From Collinsella sp. (lineage in GTDB: Bacteria; Actinomycetota; Coriobacteriia; Coriobacteriales; Coriobacteriaceae), in contig DXMG01000003.1 in assembly GCA_019414325.1 (NCBI GenBank), positions 28,271 through 92,270 on the forward strand: a DNA stretch of 64,000 nt. The letters are read 5' to 3'. The position numbers and the translations under genes were made by a program. The notes under the pieces are model-generated. The model made no database searches, was not told the DNA's origin, and saw nothing but the letters and a program-made list of their open reading frames with translations. Each line of letters opens with the position of its first letter. The stretch's first letter is position 1. Of this stretch, positions 1 through 10,118 are shown piece after piece.

Positions 1-59
1 CACAGCAGGGTCGGACATCCTCTCCTCAGCAGCCGCGCGCGCCGCGTCCCGTAACGCCG

Positions 60-929
60 ATGTCCCATCATCGCCAGGATACGCCAGCTGCATATCGCCC
101 TTCGTCGTATGATACGGCCAAGAAAGAATCGCGTTCTACGAAACAGTCGGGCGCTGCTCCGTCGAGCTATACCGAGCCGCCGCGCAAAAAGCGCCGCTCC
201 GTTATTCCCATCTTGCTCATCATTATTGGTATCGGCCTAATCGTTGCCGCTGCAGCCATCTTTATCAACGCCCAGATTGGCTACAAGCAGGCGAGCGAGT
301 CGTATCAGAAAATCGAGAAGCAATATGTAAGCGATAAGGACGCCAGCGGCGTGCCGACTATCGACTTCGATGCGCTTGCTCAGACAAACCCCGAGATTGT
401 GGGCTGGATTTATGTGCCGGGAACCAACATCAACTATCCCGTGGTGCAGACCAACAACAACTCCAAATACCTCAACACGCTGTTCGACGGTACGGCCAAT
501 GCATCTGGGGCCATTTTCCTGGATAGCGATGACACCGCGCCGGGAATGATTGACCAGCAGACCACGATCTACGGCCACCATATGAACGATGGGTCGATGT
601 TCAACGTGATTTCGGACACCACCGACCAAGCGACGTTCGATAGCATCGAGTACGTGTATTACATCACGCGCGATGCAACGTATAAGCTGCGACCGCTGGC
701 GACCAAGGTGGTCGAGGACACGTATGCCAAGGCGCGCACGACCAATTTTGAGGGCGACGACGGGCTCAAGAACTACCTGTCCGAGATGCTCGACGGTGCC
801 TCTGCCGTGGCGAGCGATGCCACCGATCGTGCCGCTTCGGCAACCAAGATTGTAACGCTTGTGACCTGTCGTTCGTTATCGCTGAGCAACACGCGTGCCG
901 TCATGGTGCTCACGCCCGTTGATGAATAA
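60..929 (+). CDS. class B-type sortase, membrane anchored
   Basis: 289-aa ORF with an N-terminal TM helix (VIPILLIIIGIGLIVAAAAIF). Sortase-B-like blocks NPEIVGWIYVPGTNINYPVVQ, GAIFLD and TIYGHHMNDGSMF, plus the catalytic TLVTC motif. Confidence 0.8.
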   Translation: MSHHRQDTPAAYRPSSYDTAKKESRSTKQSGAAPSSYTEPPRKKRRSVIPILLIIIGIGLIVAAAAIFINAQIGYKQASESYQKIEKQYVSDKDASGVPTIDFDALAQTNPEIVGWIYVPGTNINYPVVQTNNNSKYLNTLFDGTANASGAIFLDSDDTAPGMIDQQTTIYGHHMNDGSMFNVISDTTDQATFDSIEYVYYITRDATYKLRPLATKVVEDTYAKARTTNFEGDDGLKNYLSEMLDGASAVASDATDRAASATKIVTLVTCRSLSLSNTRAVMVLTPVDE

Positions 930-968
930 ATTGTCCGAGAGTAGCTAATTTGGGACGGTAAGGGAGAA

Positions 969-1388
969 ATGATGCTCGAGAATGGCAAAACGATGCCTTC
1001 GGTTGATGCTTGGCTGCGCGAGGCCAAGGCCGATTCGTCGGCACCTGCGTGCGGTATGTATCTGACACATAACGGTGTGGTGCGCGCGACGCCCAAGGCC
1101 GAGGCGCGCGGTGTCGAGACCGATGGCGTGGCGCCGGGCCACAAGGTGGGCGGCATGGTGTTCGGCTTCGATGCTCAGAAGGTGCAGGCTGCTATCGAGG
1201 CCACGCGCGCGATGCCGGGTATCGGCTATGTGCGCGTGTGGCTGGCAAGCGGCGAGCTTGCCGTAGGTGACGACATCATGCTCGTGCTCATTGGCGGGGA
1301 CATTCGCCCGCACGTGGTCGATGCGCTGCAGGCGCTCGTTGGCACCATCAAAAATGAGTGTGTGAGTGAGGTCGAGCGCGAGGCGTAG
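969..1388 (+). CDS. small MoaE-fold-like protein (function uncertain)
   Basis: 139-aa ORF with a pattern reminiscent of MoaE (GMYLTHNGVVRA ... GELAVGDDIMLVLIGGDIRPH ... ALVGTIKNE). No other moa genes are nearby. Confidence 0.4.
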   Translation: MMLENGKTMPSVDAWLREAKADSSAPACGMYLTHNGVVRATPKAEARGVETDGVAPGHKVGGMVFGFDAQKVQAAIEATRAMPGIGYVRVWLASGELAVGDDIMLVLIGGDIRPHVVDALQALVGTIKNECVSEVEREA

Positions 1389-1417
1389 AGGTTTGCGTCG
1401 ATAGAAGGCTCGTTTAT

Positions 1418-1457
1418 AAAAATGCCCGCCGGTACGTGTGATACCGGCGGGCATTTT
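1418..1457. terminator. bidirectional intrinsic terminator between convergent genes
   Basis: AAAAATGCCCGCCGGTA ... TACCGGCGGGCATTTT. GC-rich 13-bp stem flanked by an A-run and a T-run. Confidence 0.8.
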
Positions 1458-1478
1458 GCGTTTTGGGCGCGGTGAGCG

Positions 1479-2708
1479 CTACACGCGCGTTGCATCCTTG
1501 GGGCTCATGGTCATGCTCTGGAAGCGATTCTCCATAAAGTCATTATCGAAATACTTGCCGTAGAACTGCGCAACGGGAATATCCGGTTCCGTGCCGTTGA
1601 CGCGCTGATACCAATAATCGAGCGACTGCAGCGTCATAACGCCATCGACCAGCATAATGATGGTGAAGATGACGGTAGCCGAGTAGCGGCTCTTCCACGG
1701 AATCATGTTGATGAGCTTGAGCAGCCTCGGCAGCAGCAGCTTGATCCAGATGAGGCCGCCCAGGCCCCACAGACAGGCGAAGCCCGTGCAGGTGCGTCCG
1801 CCCGTGAGGACCACGAGCGGGTCGGGCATACCGAACAGCGTTATGTGCGAGTAGCTCCACGAGACCACGCCAAACGCGGTCTGCATAAACCAGCCCACGA
1901 ACACCTCAAAGCTGGCGCCGAGCAGGGCGCTCACCAGGAAAATGATGATGGGGTTCTTTTTATAGAAGCGGTTGAGCACCATGGTCATGAGTACGGCACC
2001 AAAGCCGTAGATGGGGCTGAAGGGGCCAAACAGCATACCGGCGCGGTCCTGGTAGACACCCGGATCGTTGACGGTCATATGCCAGATATCCTCCAGGACC
2101 AGGCCGAGTATGCAGCAGACAAAGAATACCCAGAACAGGTTGAAGTAGTTGAGCTTGATGTAGCCTTCGCCGGTTTCATCGCGCCCGAGCATGCCCTCGG
2201 CGGCGGCGTCGCGGTCGAGCATCTCCTGCAGGCGGCGCTGCAGCTCGCGCTCCTGGCGCAGCGTGGGGTCGACGGTGGCCGAAAGTGCGACGAGGATGCC
2301 GAGCTGGATGGCAGGGCGCAGCAAGAAGGGCCCGATGCCCTGGAGCATCACGTCAACCAAAAGCTCGACGACGGTAAACGCGATAAGGATATAGGACAGA
2401 CGGGCGGCATTGCGACGCTGGTTCTTGATGAGGTCTAGGCCAAAGATGATCAAGATGACAGCACTGGCAGCCGAGAGCATGATGCCGGCGACGATAAGGC
2501 CGACCGCGACGAGCGTGTTGTCGCCGAGCTTGGCGGCGGCGTTGCCGTTGATGAGCGCGGTGATGACCTGCCACATAAAGGCGCCGACCGAAGGGAGCGT
2601 GCCCACGCCGGACAGGATGCACAGGACGGCGTACACCTTAATGATGAGGGGGATCTTCTTGACCTCCGTGGCGCTGGGGACGCTGGGGTCGAGTTCGTTT
2701 CGATCCAT
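1479..2708 (-). CDS. multi-pass membrane protein, C-terminal half resembles the 'putative ABC-transporter type IV' (DUF1113) family
   Basis: The ORF track gives 1479..2885. I trimmed the start to the ATG at 2708 (MDRNELDPS...). Many hydrophobic helices and a coiled RQERELQRRLQEMLDRD linker. The family assignment is weak. Confidence 0.5.
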   Translation of the reverse strand: MDRNELDPSVPSATEVKKIPLIIKVYAVLCILSGVGTLPSVGAFMWQVITALINGNAAAKLGDNTLVAVGLIVAGIMLSAASAVILIIFGLDLIKNQRRNAARLSYILIAFTVVELLVDVMLQGIGPFLLRPAIQLGILVALSATVDPTLRQERELQRRLQEMLDRDAAAEGMLGRDETGEGYIKLNYFNLFWVFFVCCILGLVLEDIWHMTVNDPGVYQDRAGMLFGPFSPIYGFGAVLMTMVLNRFYKKNPIIIFLVSALLGASFEVFVGWFMQTAFGVVSWSYSHITLFGMPDPLVVLTGGRTCTGFACLWGLGGLIWIKLLLPRLLKLINMIPWKSRYSATVIFTIIMLVDGVMTLQSLDYWYQRVNGTEPDIPVAQFYGKYFDNDFMENRFQSMTMSPKDATRV

Positions 2709-3002
2709 ACATAACCTTTCTCGTTTTGCTGTAGGTACAAGGATACGCCGCCGACCTGCCAAAAGACAGGACGAACGTCCCAATTGCAACAATGCAAGCC
2801 CCAACGGCGGGCGAGACACGTCGCAACGGAAGTATGCGGGATCGTCGGCCCCGAGGCGGTTGCCCAATAAAATGTTTGGCTGCAAAACGGATTATAAACT
2901 CGGTGGGCTTTTAAAAAGCGCTGTTCATGCGCGGGAGTGCTTGTCTTGCCGTGCGTATAATAGGGCAGGTAACGCCAAATAACGAGGCTCTGAGGGGATG
3001 CC

Positions 3003-4673
3003 ATGTCTCAAGAAACCATCCGCGCGGCCGAGCGTGCCGCGGGACAGGTGAAGACCATGTCGACGTATGATCCGGACTCCGACCAGCTGCATGAGGAATG
3101 CGGCATTTTTGGTGTGTGGGCACCCGATCGCGATGTGGCTCGACTGACGTACTTTGGTCTGCGCGCGCTGCAGCATCGCGGCCAGGAATCGGCGGGAATC
3201 GCCGTGGGTGATGGCGGCACGGTTATGGTTCGCAAAGACCTGGGACTGCTCGATCGCGTGTTCTCCAACGCCGACCTGTCGACGCTCTCCGGCCAGCTGG
3301 CCGTGGGCCACGTGCGCTATGGCACCGCCGGTGCCAAGAGCTGGGAAGCCTCGCAGCCGCATCTTTCTACCATCAACAGCGTCATTATCGCGCTTGCTCA
3401 CAACGGCACTCTGGTCAACACCGACGAGCTGCGCCGCCAGCTGATCGAGCTGGGCGTGCCGTTCCTCTCCAATTCGGATTCCGAGGTCGCGACCAAGCTT
3501 ATCGGCTACTTTACCCAGCGTACAGGCCATCTGCGCGAGGGCATTCGCAAGACCATGGAGCTCGTGCGCGGCGGCTACGCCATGACGCTCATTAACGAGC
3601 AGGCGCTCTACGCATTCCGCGATCCGCACGGCATTCGCCCGCTCGTGCTGGGCAAGCTGGTGGACGAGGGTCTGGACCAGGCCGATGCCGCATCCGTTTC
3701 GCAGCTGCCGTCGCAGGACGGCGCCGCGACGGTCGACGCCACCACCCATGTCACCCGCGCCGGCGGCTGGGTCGTTGCTTCCGAGACCTGCGCACTCGAC
3801 ATCGTGGGCGCCGAGTACGTCCGTGACGTCCGTCCCGGCGAGATCTTGCGCATCAGCGCCGAGGGTCTGGTATCCGAGCAGGGCGTGCCTGCCGCCGAAG
3901 AGCCCGCAAACTGCATCTTTGAGCAGGTCTACTTTGCCCGCCCCGACTCCATTATGAACGGCAAGAGCGTCTATGCCTGCCGTTACGACATGGGCCGTCA
4001 GCTGGCACATGAGGAGCCCGTTGAGGCCGACCTGGTCATCGGCGTGCCCGATTCCGGCCTGCCGCCCGCGGAGGGGTATTCGCACGAGAGCGGTATTCCC
4101 TTTGGCGAGGGCCTCATCAAGAACCGTTACGTGGGCCGTACGTTTATCGAGCCTACGCAGGAGTTGCGCGCCATGGGCGTGCGCATGAAGCTTAACCCGC
4201 TGCGCGACAACATCGAGGGCAAGCGCCTGGTCGTCATCGACGACTCCATCGTGCGCGGCACCACCATGGTGCAGCTCGTCAAGATGCTGCGCAACGCTGG
4301 CGCCAAGGAGATTCATATCCGCATCAACTCGCCCGAGGTCATCTGGCCATGCTTCTACGGTATCGATACCGACGTGCAGTCGCAGCTTATCAGCGCCAAC
4401 AAGACGGTCGACGAGATTTGCGAGTATATCGGCGCCGATTCGCTGGCCTTCCTTTCGGTCGAGGGCCTGCTCAAAGTCATGCCCAAAGGCGGTTACTGCG
4501 ATGCGTGCTTTACCGGCCGCTACCCCGTGGCGATTCCCGAGAGCTTTGGCCGCGACAAGTTCATGGAGGGCTTTAAGCCCCGCAACCTGGACAAGCCGCT
4601 GCATGTTGATGACGACGCCGTGGTCGAGAAATACGACGACCGCAGTTGGGAAGAGGAGCACGGCGAGGCCTAA
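3003..4673 (+). CDS. purF: amidophosphoribosyltransferase
   Basis: Propeptide followed by the CGIFGV nucleophile. GRESAGIA-type block (HRGQESAGIAV), PRTase motif VVIDDSIVRGTT and C-terminal Cys ligands (CFYGIDT ... CDACFTGRYP). The start could also be the ATG at 3057. Confidence 0.95.
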   Translation: MSQETIRAAERAAGQVKTMSTYDPDSDQLHEECGIFGVWAPDRDVARLTYFGLRALQHRGQESAGIAVGDGGTVMVRKDLGLLDRVFSNADLSTLSGQLAVGHVRYGTAGAKSWEASQPHLSTINSVIIALAHNGTLVNTDELRRQLIELGVPFLSNSDSEVATKLIGYFTQRTGHLREGIRKTMELVRGGYAMTLINEQALYAFRDPHGIRPLVLGKLVDEGLDQADAASVSQLPSQDGAATVDATTHVTRAGGWVVASETCALDIVGAEYVRDVRPGEILRISAEGLVSEQGVPAAEEPANCIFEQVYFARPDSIMNGKSVYACRYDMGRQLAHEEPVEADLVIGVPDSGLPPAEGYSHESGIPFGEGLIKNRYVGRTFIEPTQELRAMGVRMKLNPLRDNIEGKRLVVIDDSIVRGTTMVQLVKMLRNAGAKEIHIRINSPEVIWPCFYGIDTDVQSQLISANKTVDEICEYIGADSLAFLSVEGLLKVMPKGGYCDACFTGRYPVAIPESFGRDKFMEGFKPRNLDKPLHVDDDAVVEKYDDRSWEEEHGEA

Positions 4674-4718
4674 AACCTGCCATGTAGGGACAGGTTTATT
4701 TTGGTAGGTTTTACCTGC
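4674..4718 (+). repeat. GGGACAGGTTTATTTTGG-family element, copy 1
   Basis: AACCTGCCATGTAGGGACAGGTTTATTTTGGTAGGTTTTACCTGC directly after the purF stop. The 18-mer is identical in all three copies. Confidence 0.8.
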
Positions 4719-4830
4719 TGTTTTGTTGATATGGCGGCGCGTGCTGTTATGGCACGCGCCGAAATGAACGCAACTATGAGCACCGTTTGGCGCCCGCGCG
4801 GCGCCACGGTAGTGGGAGAGGAAGGCTCAG

Positions 4831-5934
4831 ATGAGCGACAGCAAGCATGTGACATATGAGGATGCCGGCGTCGATACCGCCGAGGGCGGCCGCGCCGTTG
4901 ACGCTATTAAGCAGATGGTTAAGGACACCAACCGTCCCGAGGTCATCGGCGGTATCGGTGGCTTTGGTGGCCTGTTCTCGGCCGCCGCGCTTAAGGATAT
5001 GGAAGACCCGATTCTGATTAGCGGTACCGACGGCGTGGGCACCAAGCTCGTGCTCGCCCAGATTATGGACCGTCACGAGACGGTGGGCCAGGACCTGGTT
5101 GCTATGTGCGTCAACGACATTTTGGCTTCGGGCGCCGAGCCGCTGTTCTTCCTGGACTACGTTGCCATCGGTCACATCGAGGCCGAGCACATGGCAAAGA
5201 TCATCAAGGGTGTGGCCGACGGCTGCAAGCTCGCGGGCTGCGCGCTCGTGGGCGGCGAGATGGCCGAGCACCCGGGCGTTATGGCTCCTGCCGACTACGA
5301 CCTTGCCGGATTTACCGTGGGCGTCGTCGACCGTCCCAAGATGCTCGACCCCGCAAACGTCCGCCCCGGCGACGTTATCCTGGGCCTGCCTTCCACTGGC
5401 GTGCACTCCAACGGCTACTCGCTCGTGCGCAAGGTCATCGGCGTCGACGGCATTAAGCCGGGCACGCCCGAGGCCGCCGCTAAGGCCGAGGAGCTGAGCC
5501 GCCCGCTCGAGGAGCTCGGCGGCGCATCGCTGGCAGACGCCCTGCTGGCTCCCACGCGCATCTACGTCAAGCCGATTCTGGAGCTGCTGCGCGGCGGCGC
5601 CAACGTGCACGCCATCGCCCACATCACCGGTGGCGGCATCACCGAGAACCTCAACCGCGCGCTTGCCGACGACGTTGACGCCGTGGTTACCCGTAACGGT
5701 GCCGAGATGGGCTGGGATGTTCCGCCCGTCATCACCTACGTGTCGCGCCAGGCCGAGCTCGCGCCCAACGAGGCATGCAAGACCTTCAACATGGGCGTCG
5801 GCCTGTGCCTGATCGTCGCTCCCGAGGACGAGGCCGCGGTGACCGAGGCCCTGGTCGCGCTGGGCGAGAAGCCGTTCCGCGTGGGCGAGTGCGTCGAGGG
5901 TTCCGGTAAGGTCGTGTACTCCGATGAGCGCTAA
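4831..5934 (+). CDS. purM: phosphoribosylformylglycinamidine cyclo-ligase (AIR synthetase)
   Basis: YEDAGVDTAEG N-terminus, GGIGGFGGLF, ISGTDGVGTK, DYVAIG and VHSNGYSLVRK blocks typical of PurM. Confidence 0.95.
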   Translation: MSDSKHVTYEDAGVDTAEGGRAVDAIKQMVKDTNRPEVIGGIGGFGGLFSAAALKDMEDPILISGTDGVGTKLVLAQIMDRHETVGQDLVAMCVNDILASGAEPLFFLDYVAIGHIEAEHMAKIIKGVADGCKLAGCALVGGEMAEHPGVMAPADYDLAGFTVGVVDRPKMLDPANVRPGDVILGLPSTGVHSNGYSLVRKVIGVDGIKPGTPEAAAKAEELSRPLEELGGASLADALLAPTRIYVKPILELLRGGANVHAIAHITGGGITENLNRALADDVDAVVTRNGAEMGWDVPPVITYVSRQAELAPNEACKTFNMGVGLCLIVAPEDEAAVTEALVALGEKPFRVGECVEGSGKVVYSDER

Positions 5935-6625
5935 CGAGCAGATGGCTGCCGCCAAGGGCCTGGACTTTGTGTCCTATACCCGTCCGACCGGCACCGATAC
6001 GGCCGAGCCGCTCAAAATCGGCGTGCTCATCAGCGGTTCGGGTACCAACCTGCAGGCGTTGATCGACCTGATCGCCGCCGGCAAGCTCAACGCTTCGATT
6101 GAGCTTGTGGTGTCGAGCCGTCCTTCGGCTAAGGGTTTGCAGCGCGCTGAGCGCGCGGGCATCCAGACGCTCACGCTGTCCAAGGATGTCTACGCCGACC
6201 CTATTGCCGCCGACGAGATCATCGCGCACGAGCTGCTCGAACGCGGCTGCGAGTATGTGGTCATGGCTGGCTACATGCGCATGGTGCACACGCCGCTGCT
6301 GGCGGCGTTTCCCAACCGCGTGGTCAACTTGCATCCGGCACTGCTGCCGAGCTTTACCGGCGCGCATGCGATCGACGATGCCTTTGCGCGCGGCGTCAAG
6401 GTAACCGGTGTGACCGTGCACTTTGCCAACGAGATCTACGACAACGGCCCCATCATCGCCCAGCGCGCGCTGGCTGTCGAGGAAGGTTGGGATGTCGACA
6501 CGCTCGAGGAGCACATCCACGCGATTGAGCACGTGCTGTATCCCGAGGTCGTGCAAATGCTCGCCGACGGCCGCGTCCACGTGCTGGAGAGCGGCAAGGT
6601 CGCAATTGACGCGCCTCGCGGCTAG
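5924..6625 (+). CDS. purN: phosphoribosylglycinamide formyltransferase
   Basis: KIGVLISGSGTNLQALID, VVMAGYMRMV, NLHPALLPSF and GVTVHF motifs. Overlaps the purM stop by 11 nt. Confidence 0.9.
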   Translation: MSANEQMAAAKGLDFVSYTRPTGTDTAEPLKIGVLISGSGTNLQALIDLIAAGKLNASIELVVSSRPSAKGLQRAERAGIQTLTLSKDVYADPIAADEIIAHELLERGCEYVVMAGYMRMVHTPLLAAFPNRVVNLHPALLPSFTGAHAIDDAFARGVKVTGVTVHFANEIYDNGPIIAQRALAVEEGWDVDTLEEHIHAIEHVLYPEVVQMLADGRVHVLESGKVAIDAPRG

Positions 6626-6729
6626 CGGCGCACAGTACAATTTAGCCGAGTAGTCAGGGTGGTCATTGGCGCCAAGGCGCGCGTGGCCACCTTTTGTTTT
6701 GGGTAGTCACCTGCGACGTTCTTTAACGA

Positions 6730-6760
6730 CTAGTCATTTAAGAACGTCCCCGATGGCTAG
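6730..6760 (+). repeat. GTCCCC-loop hairpin (stem CTAGTCAT/ATGGCTAG)
   Basis: CTAGTCAT-TTAAGAACGTCCCCG-ATGGCTAG, 18 nt upstream of the EIIA start codon. Confidence 0.7.
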
Positions 6761-6777
6761 GTGAGAGAGGTGAGCGC

Positions 6778-7242
6778 ATGGCGGATAACGAAGCGCTGTT
6801 TACGCCTGAGCTGGTGTTTTTTGATTGGGAGTATGCGACGCCGGATGAGGTGTTTGCGCGGCTCGAGGGCGAGCTTGCACCACGTGGCTACATTGCCGAC
6901 GGTTGGCTCGACGCCGTTCTCACGCGCGAGGATGCCTATCCCACGGGCCTTGCCATGCCGGCGGCAAACATTGCCATTCCGCATACCGATCCGGGGTTTG
7001 TGACCAAGCCCTATATCGCGGTGGTGAAGCCCACCGCGCCCGTGACATTTAACGCTATGGCTGGCATGGGCGCTCCGGTGCCGGCGCAGATCGTCATTAA
7101 TCTGGGCATCGCCGAGCCGGGCGGCCAGGTCGAGGCCCTGCAGGCGCTCATGAACATCTTTATGGACGCCGATGCCGCAGCCGACGTGCTCGGCCAGACC
7201 ACGTCCCAGGGCATGGTCGACGCCATCCGCCGTCATTTCTAA
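6778..7242 (+). CDS. PTS EIIA type-2 family protein (orphan)
   Basis: 154 aa with AIPHTDPGFV around the putative phospho-histidine. No EIIB/EIIC partner in the window. Confidence 0.65.
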   Translation: MADNEALFTPELVFFDWEYATPDEVFARLEGELAPRGYIADGWLDAVLTREDAYPTGLAMPAANIAIPHTDPGFVTKPYIAVVKPTAPVTFNAMAGMGAPVPAQIVINLGIAEPGGQVEALQALMNIFMDADAAADVLGQTTSQGMVDAIRRHF

Positions 7243-7315
7243 GGTGGGGCTGAGTCGGCACTTGGGGACTGTCCCTAACTGCCGGCTGCCAGAGCTGTCC
7301 CCTTTGCACCAAAAT

Positions 7316-7344
7316 GGTGCAGATTAATCTGTCCCCAATGCACC
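7316..7344 (+). repeat. GTCCCC-loop hairpin (stem GGTGCA/TGCACC)
   Basis: GGTGCAGATTAATCTGTCCCCAATGCACC. Neighbouring GGACTGTCCCTAACTGCCGG (7266-7285) is identical to 60238-60257. Confidence 0.6.
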
Positions 7345-7412
7345 AAGCGTGCCGCGGGGGCTGCGTTGTGACACAATGGCGTTTGTTCGATTCGTTATGC
7401 GAAAGGCCAACT

Positions 7413-8633
7413 ATGGCAAATAAGAAAAAGAACTCCGAGGCCGCGCCGACGCCCGAGCAGCAGGCCCGCGCTGCCTCCAGCTCTCGCAAGAAGCAGCGCA
7501 AGACGTACGTGTCTAAGACCGTCAAGATCGTCTTGGTGGTCATCGGCGTGCTGGCGATGCTGCTTTCCGTCTCGGCGATGGCGTGCTCCGGCCTTATGTC
7601 GCAGGCCGAGGACACCTCGGGCTACAAGCTGACCGGCGGTGTTGCTGCTACTATCAACGGCACCAACCTCACCGAGGACACCGTGACCAAGCAGATCATG
7701 AGCATGCGCACGTCCTACGGCTACGCCAAGGATGAGGATTGGGCGCAGTATCTGGTTGACAACGACCTCACGCCCAAGAAGTACCGCAAGCAACTCATCG
7801 ACTCCTACACGCAGCAGATTCTGCTTCAACAGGCACAGAAGGAGAACGGCGTGACGGTGTCGGACGAGGAGGTCGAGAAGGCTTGGAAGGACGCGTGCAA
7901 GAGCGCGGGCGGTGCCAAGGCCTTTAAGAAGACCCTCAAGACCTACGGCTATACCGAGGACACCTACAAGGACTCGCTCAAGGAGAGTCTGGCACAGCAA
8001 AAGCTCAAGGACGCCGTGGCGCCCACCAGCAAGCCCAAGGACAGCGAGATTGTCGATTACATCAACGAAAACCTGTCCAGCTACAACGACGCCCGCCGCT
8101 CGTCGAACATCCTGATCAAGGTTGATTCCGACGCTTCCGACGAGGACAAGGCTGCCGCCAAGGCCAAGGCGCAGGAGTGCCTGGACAAGATCAACTCCGG
8201 TGAGCTGAGCTTTGAGGATGCCGTTGAGCAGTACTCCGAGGACACCGGTTCCAAGGAGAAGAAGGGCGATGTGGGCTGGGATAAGCTCACCACTTTCGTC
8301 GACAGCTACCAGACGGCGCTCGAGGGACTCAACAAGGGCGACGTGAGCGAAGTCGTCGAGTCGACCTATGGCTACCACATCATCAAGTGCACCGACTACT
8401 TCCATGTCGATAATCAGGTTGATGACATCAACCAGGTGCCCAAGGCCATCAAGAAGTACGTCTCCAATGTGGTGAAGACGCAGGCGGCCAGTACTGCATA
8501 CAGCGAGTGGCTGGAGCAGTACAAGAAGGACGCCGACATTACCGTCAACCCCATGCCCAAGGACGTACCCTATAACGTGAGTCTGAAGGGTGTCACCAAG
8601 AGTTCGACCGACGATTCGTCGACGACTGAGTAA
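7413..8633 (+). CDS. PrsA/SurA-like peptidyl-prolyl isomerase (parvulin), membrane anchored
   Basis: Start trimmed from 7314 to the ATG at 7413 (MANKKKNSE). TM anchor VLVVIGVLAMLLSV and parvulin block SNILIKV ... GDVGW ... YGYHIIKC. Confidence 0.8.
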   Translation: MANKKKNSEAAPTPEQQARAASSSRKKQRKTYVSKTVKIVLVVIGVLAMLLSVSAMACSGLMSQAEDTSGYKLTGGVAATINGTNLTEDTVTKQIMSMRTSYGYAKDEDWAQYLVDNDLTPKKYRKQLIDSYTQQILLQQAQKENGVTVSDEEVEKAWKDACKSAGGAKAFKKTLKTYGYTEDTYKDSLKESLAQQKLKDAVAPTSKPKDSEIVDYINENLSSYNDARRSSNILIKVDSDASDEDKAAAKAKAQECLDKINSGELSFEDAVEQYSEDTGSKEKKGDVGWDKLTTFVDSYQTALEGLNKGDVSEVVESTYGYHIIKCTDYFHVDNQVDDINQVPKAIKKYVSNVVKTQAASTAYSEWLEQYKKDADITVNPMPKDVPYNVSLKGVTKSSTDDSSTTE

Positions 8634-8681
8634 TCATGGGGCGGTGCTCGCGCGAGTGCCGCCCACACTATTAGAGAGGAT

Positions 8682-9131
8682 TTGCAGATGACCAACGAAG
8701 AGCTGCAGAAGGAAATGATTGCGGCCATGAAGGCCAAGGACAAGGTTCGCCTGTCTATCATTCGCCAGGTTAAGGCCGAGGTGAAGAATATCGAGGTCAA
8801 TGAGCGCCGCGATGTGACCGAGGAAGACGTCAACAGCATGATCAAGCGTCTGATCAAGCAGACGAGCGAGACGCTGGAGATGTCCATCAAGGCCGGCACC
8901 GACCAGGAGCGTACCGACAACCTGACCGAGCAGGTCAAGATTCTGGAGAGCCTGCTGCCCGCGCAGGTTTCGGGCGAGGAGCTCGAGGCCCTGATCGAGC
9001 AGGTTATCGCCGAGCTGGGTGCCACGTCCAAGAAGCAGATGGGCCAGGTTATGGGCGCACTCGGCAAGGCCACCGGCGGCAACTTCGATAAGTCGGCCGC
9101 GGCAAAGATCGTCGGAGCCAAACTCGCGTAG
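8682..9131 (+). CDS. GatB/YqeY domain protein
   Basis: 149 aa. The pattern EELQKEMIAAMKAKDKVRLSIIRQVKAEVKN ... QMGQVMGALGKATGGNFD is typical of the YqeY family. Confidence 0.85.
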   Translation: MQMTNEELQKEMIAAMKAKDKVRLSIIRQVKAEVKNIEVNERRDVTEEDVNSMIKRLIKQTSETLEMSIKAGTDQERTDNLTEQVKILESLLPAQVSGEELEALIEQVIAELGATSKKQMGQVMGALGKATGGNFDKSAAAKIVGAKLA

Positions 9132-9203
9132 GGGCCGAGCGGTACATAGTTGATGTTTAGGGGGGGGCGTGGCCGTCATGGTCGCGCCCCTTTTTGCTGG
9201 GCT

Positions 9204-9238
9204 GGGCACTCATTGGGGACAGGCTTAAATGAGTGCCC
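9204..9238 (-). repeat. GTCCCC-loop hairpin (stem GGGCACTCATT/AATGAGTGCCC), inverted orientation
   Basis: Perfect 11-bp stem. The loop read on the minus strand is TAAGCCTGTCCCC. Confidence 0.75.
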
Positions 9239-9248
9239 AATGAGCAGG

Positions 9249-9277
9249 TACTCATTTAAGTCTGTCTCCAATGACTA
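9249..9277 (+). repeat. GTCCCC-loop-type hairpin (stem TACTCATT/AATGACTA, loop variant GTCTCC)
   Basis: TACTCATT-TAAGTCTGTCTCC-AATGACTA, followed by GGTG as in the other copies. Confidence 0.65.
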
Positions 9278-9381
9278 GGTGGAAGGTTGCGGGTTCTTTA
9301 CGGGGATGTAGTGTGGGCTGCGGAAACGCGGTTCTTTCCGTACAATAGTTCAACTCGTGTAAACGCAGGGAAGGGACATTC

Positions 9382-10113
9382 ATGGCAGACATGATCGAGA
9401 TCAAGCATCTCAACAAGTACTTTGGCGACCTGCATGTGCTCAAAGATATCAATCTCACCGTCAAGCGCGGCGAGAAGCTCGTAATGATCGGGCCTTCCGG
9501 TTCGGGTAAGTCGACGCTCATCCGTTGCGTCGATTATCTGGAGGAGCCCACTTCGGGCGAGGTCGTCATCGATGGTACGCCGCTCACAAAAAAGAATCAC
9601 CTGGAGATGGCTCGCAAGTATAGTTCCATGGTGTTTCAGCAGTTCAACCTGTATCCCAACATGACGGTGCTGGGCAACCTGACGCTCGCGCCCATCAAGC
9701 TGCAAAAGAAGAGCAAGGAGGAGGCGACCGAGATCGCCATTGCCGCGCTCAAGCGCGTCGGCATGGCGCATAAGGCCGGCGAGTATCCGCAGAATCTCTC
9801 GGGCGGTCAGCAGCAGCGCATCGCCATCGCCCGTGCCCTGTGCACCAAGCAGCCCATCATCCTGTTTGACGAGCCGACCTCGGCGCTCGACCCCGAGATG
9901 GTCCAGGAAGTCTTGGACGTTATGATTGAGCTTGCGCAGGAGGACATCACCATGATCTGCGTGACGCACGAGATGGGCTTTGCGCGCCAGGTGGCCGACC
10001 GCGTCATCTTTATGGAGGACGGCCGCATCCTGGAGGAGGGCACGCCCGAGCACTTCTTCGATAACCCCGAGAACCCGCGCTGCCGCGAGTTCCTGTCCAA
10101 GATTCTGCACTAG
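9382..10113 (+). CDS. polar amino-acid ABC transporter ATP-binding protein
   Basis: Walker [10 protein letters not shown], signature LSGGQQQR, Walker [12 protein letters not shown] and a GlnQ-like C-terminus [14 protein letters not shown]. Confidence 0.9.
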   Translation: MADMIEIKHLNKYFGDLHVLKDINLTVKRGEKLVMIGPSGSGKSTLIRCVDYLEEPTSGEVVIDGTPLTKKNHLEMARKYSSMVFQQFNLYPNMTVLGNLTLAPIKLQKKSKEEATEIAIAALKRVGMAHKAGEYPQNLSGGQQQRIAIARALCTKQPIILFDEPTSALDPEMVQEVLDVMIELAQEDITMICVTHEMGFARQVADRVIFMEDGRILEEGTPEHFFDNPENPRCREFLSKILH

Positions 10114-10118
10114 GCGCG

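Noticed and set aside
2886-3002. Purine or ZTP riboswitch upstream of purF, and in the purF-purM spacer (4674-4830)
   Set aside because: I could not find the conserved purine-riboswitch junction or the ZTP (pfl) GGGTCGTGAC / CCGCCTGGGCA-type cores. Only generic hairpins and a repeat element are present. A covariance-model scan would be needed to be certain.
7314-7412. Upstream extensions of several ORF-track entries: 7314 (prsA-like), 10840 (permease), 19672..21294 (glmU), 23744 (S component), 26420 (folP), 52024..53343 (kinase), 57507 (FtsX)
   Set aside because: The extensions overlap upstream genes or repeat elements and encode Arg/Pro-rich junk. Internal ATG or GTG codons with Shine-Dalgarno-like sequences give N-termini that match the family consensus.
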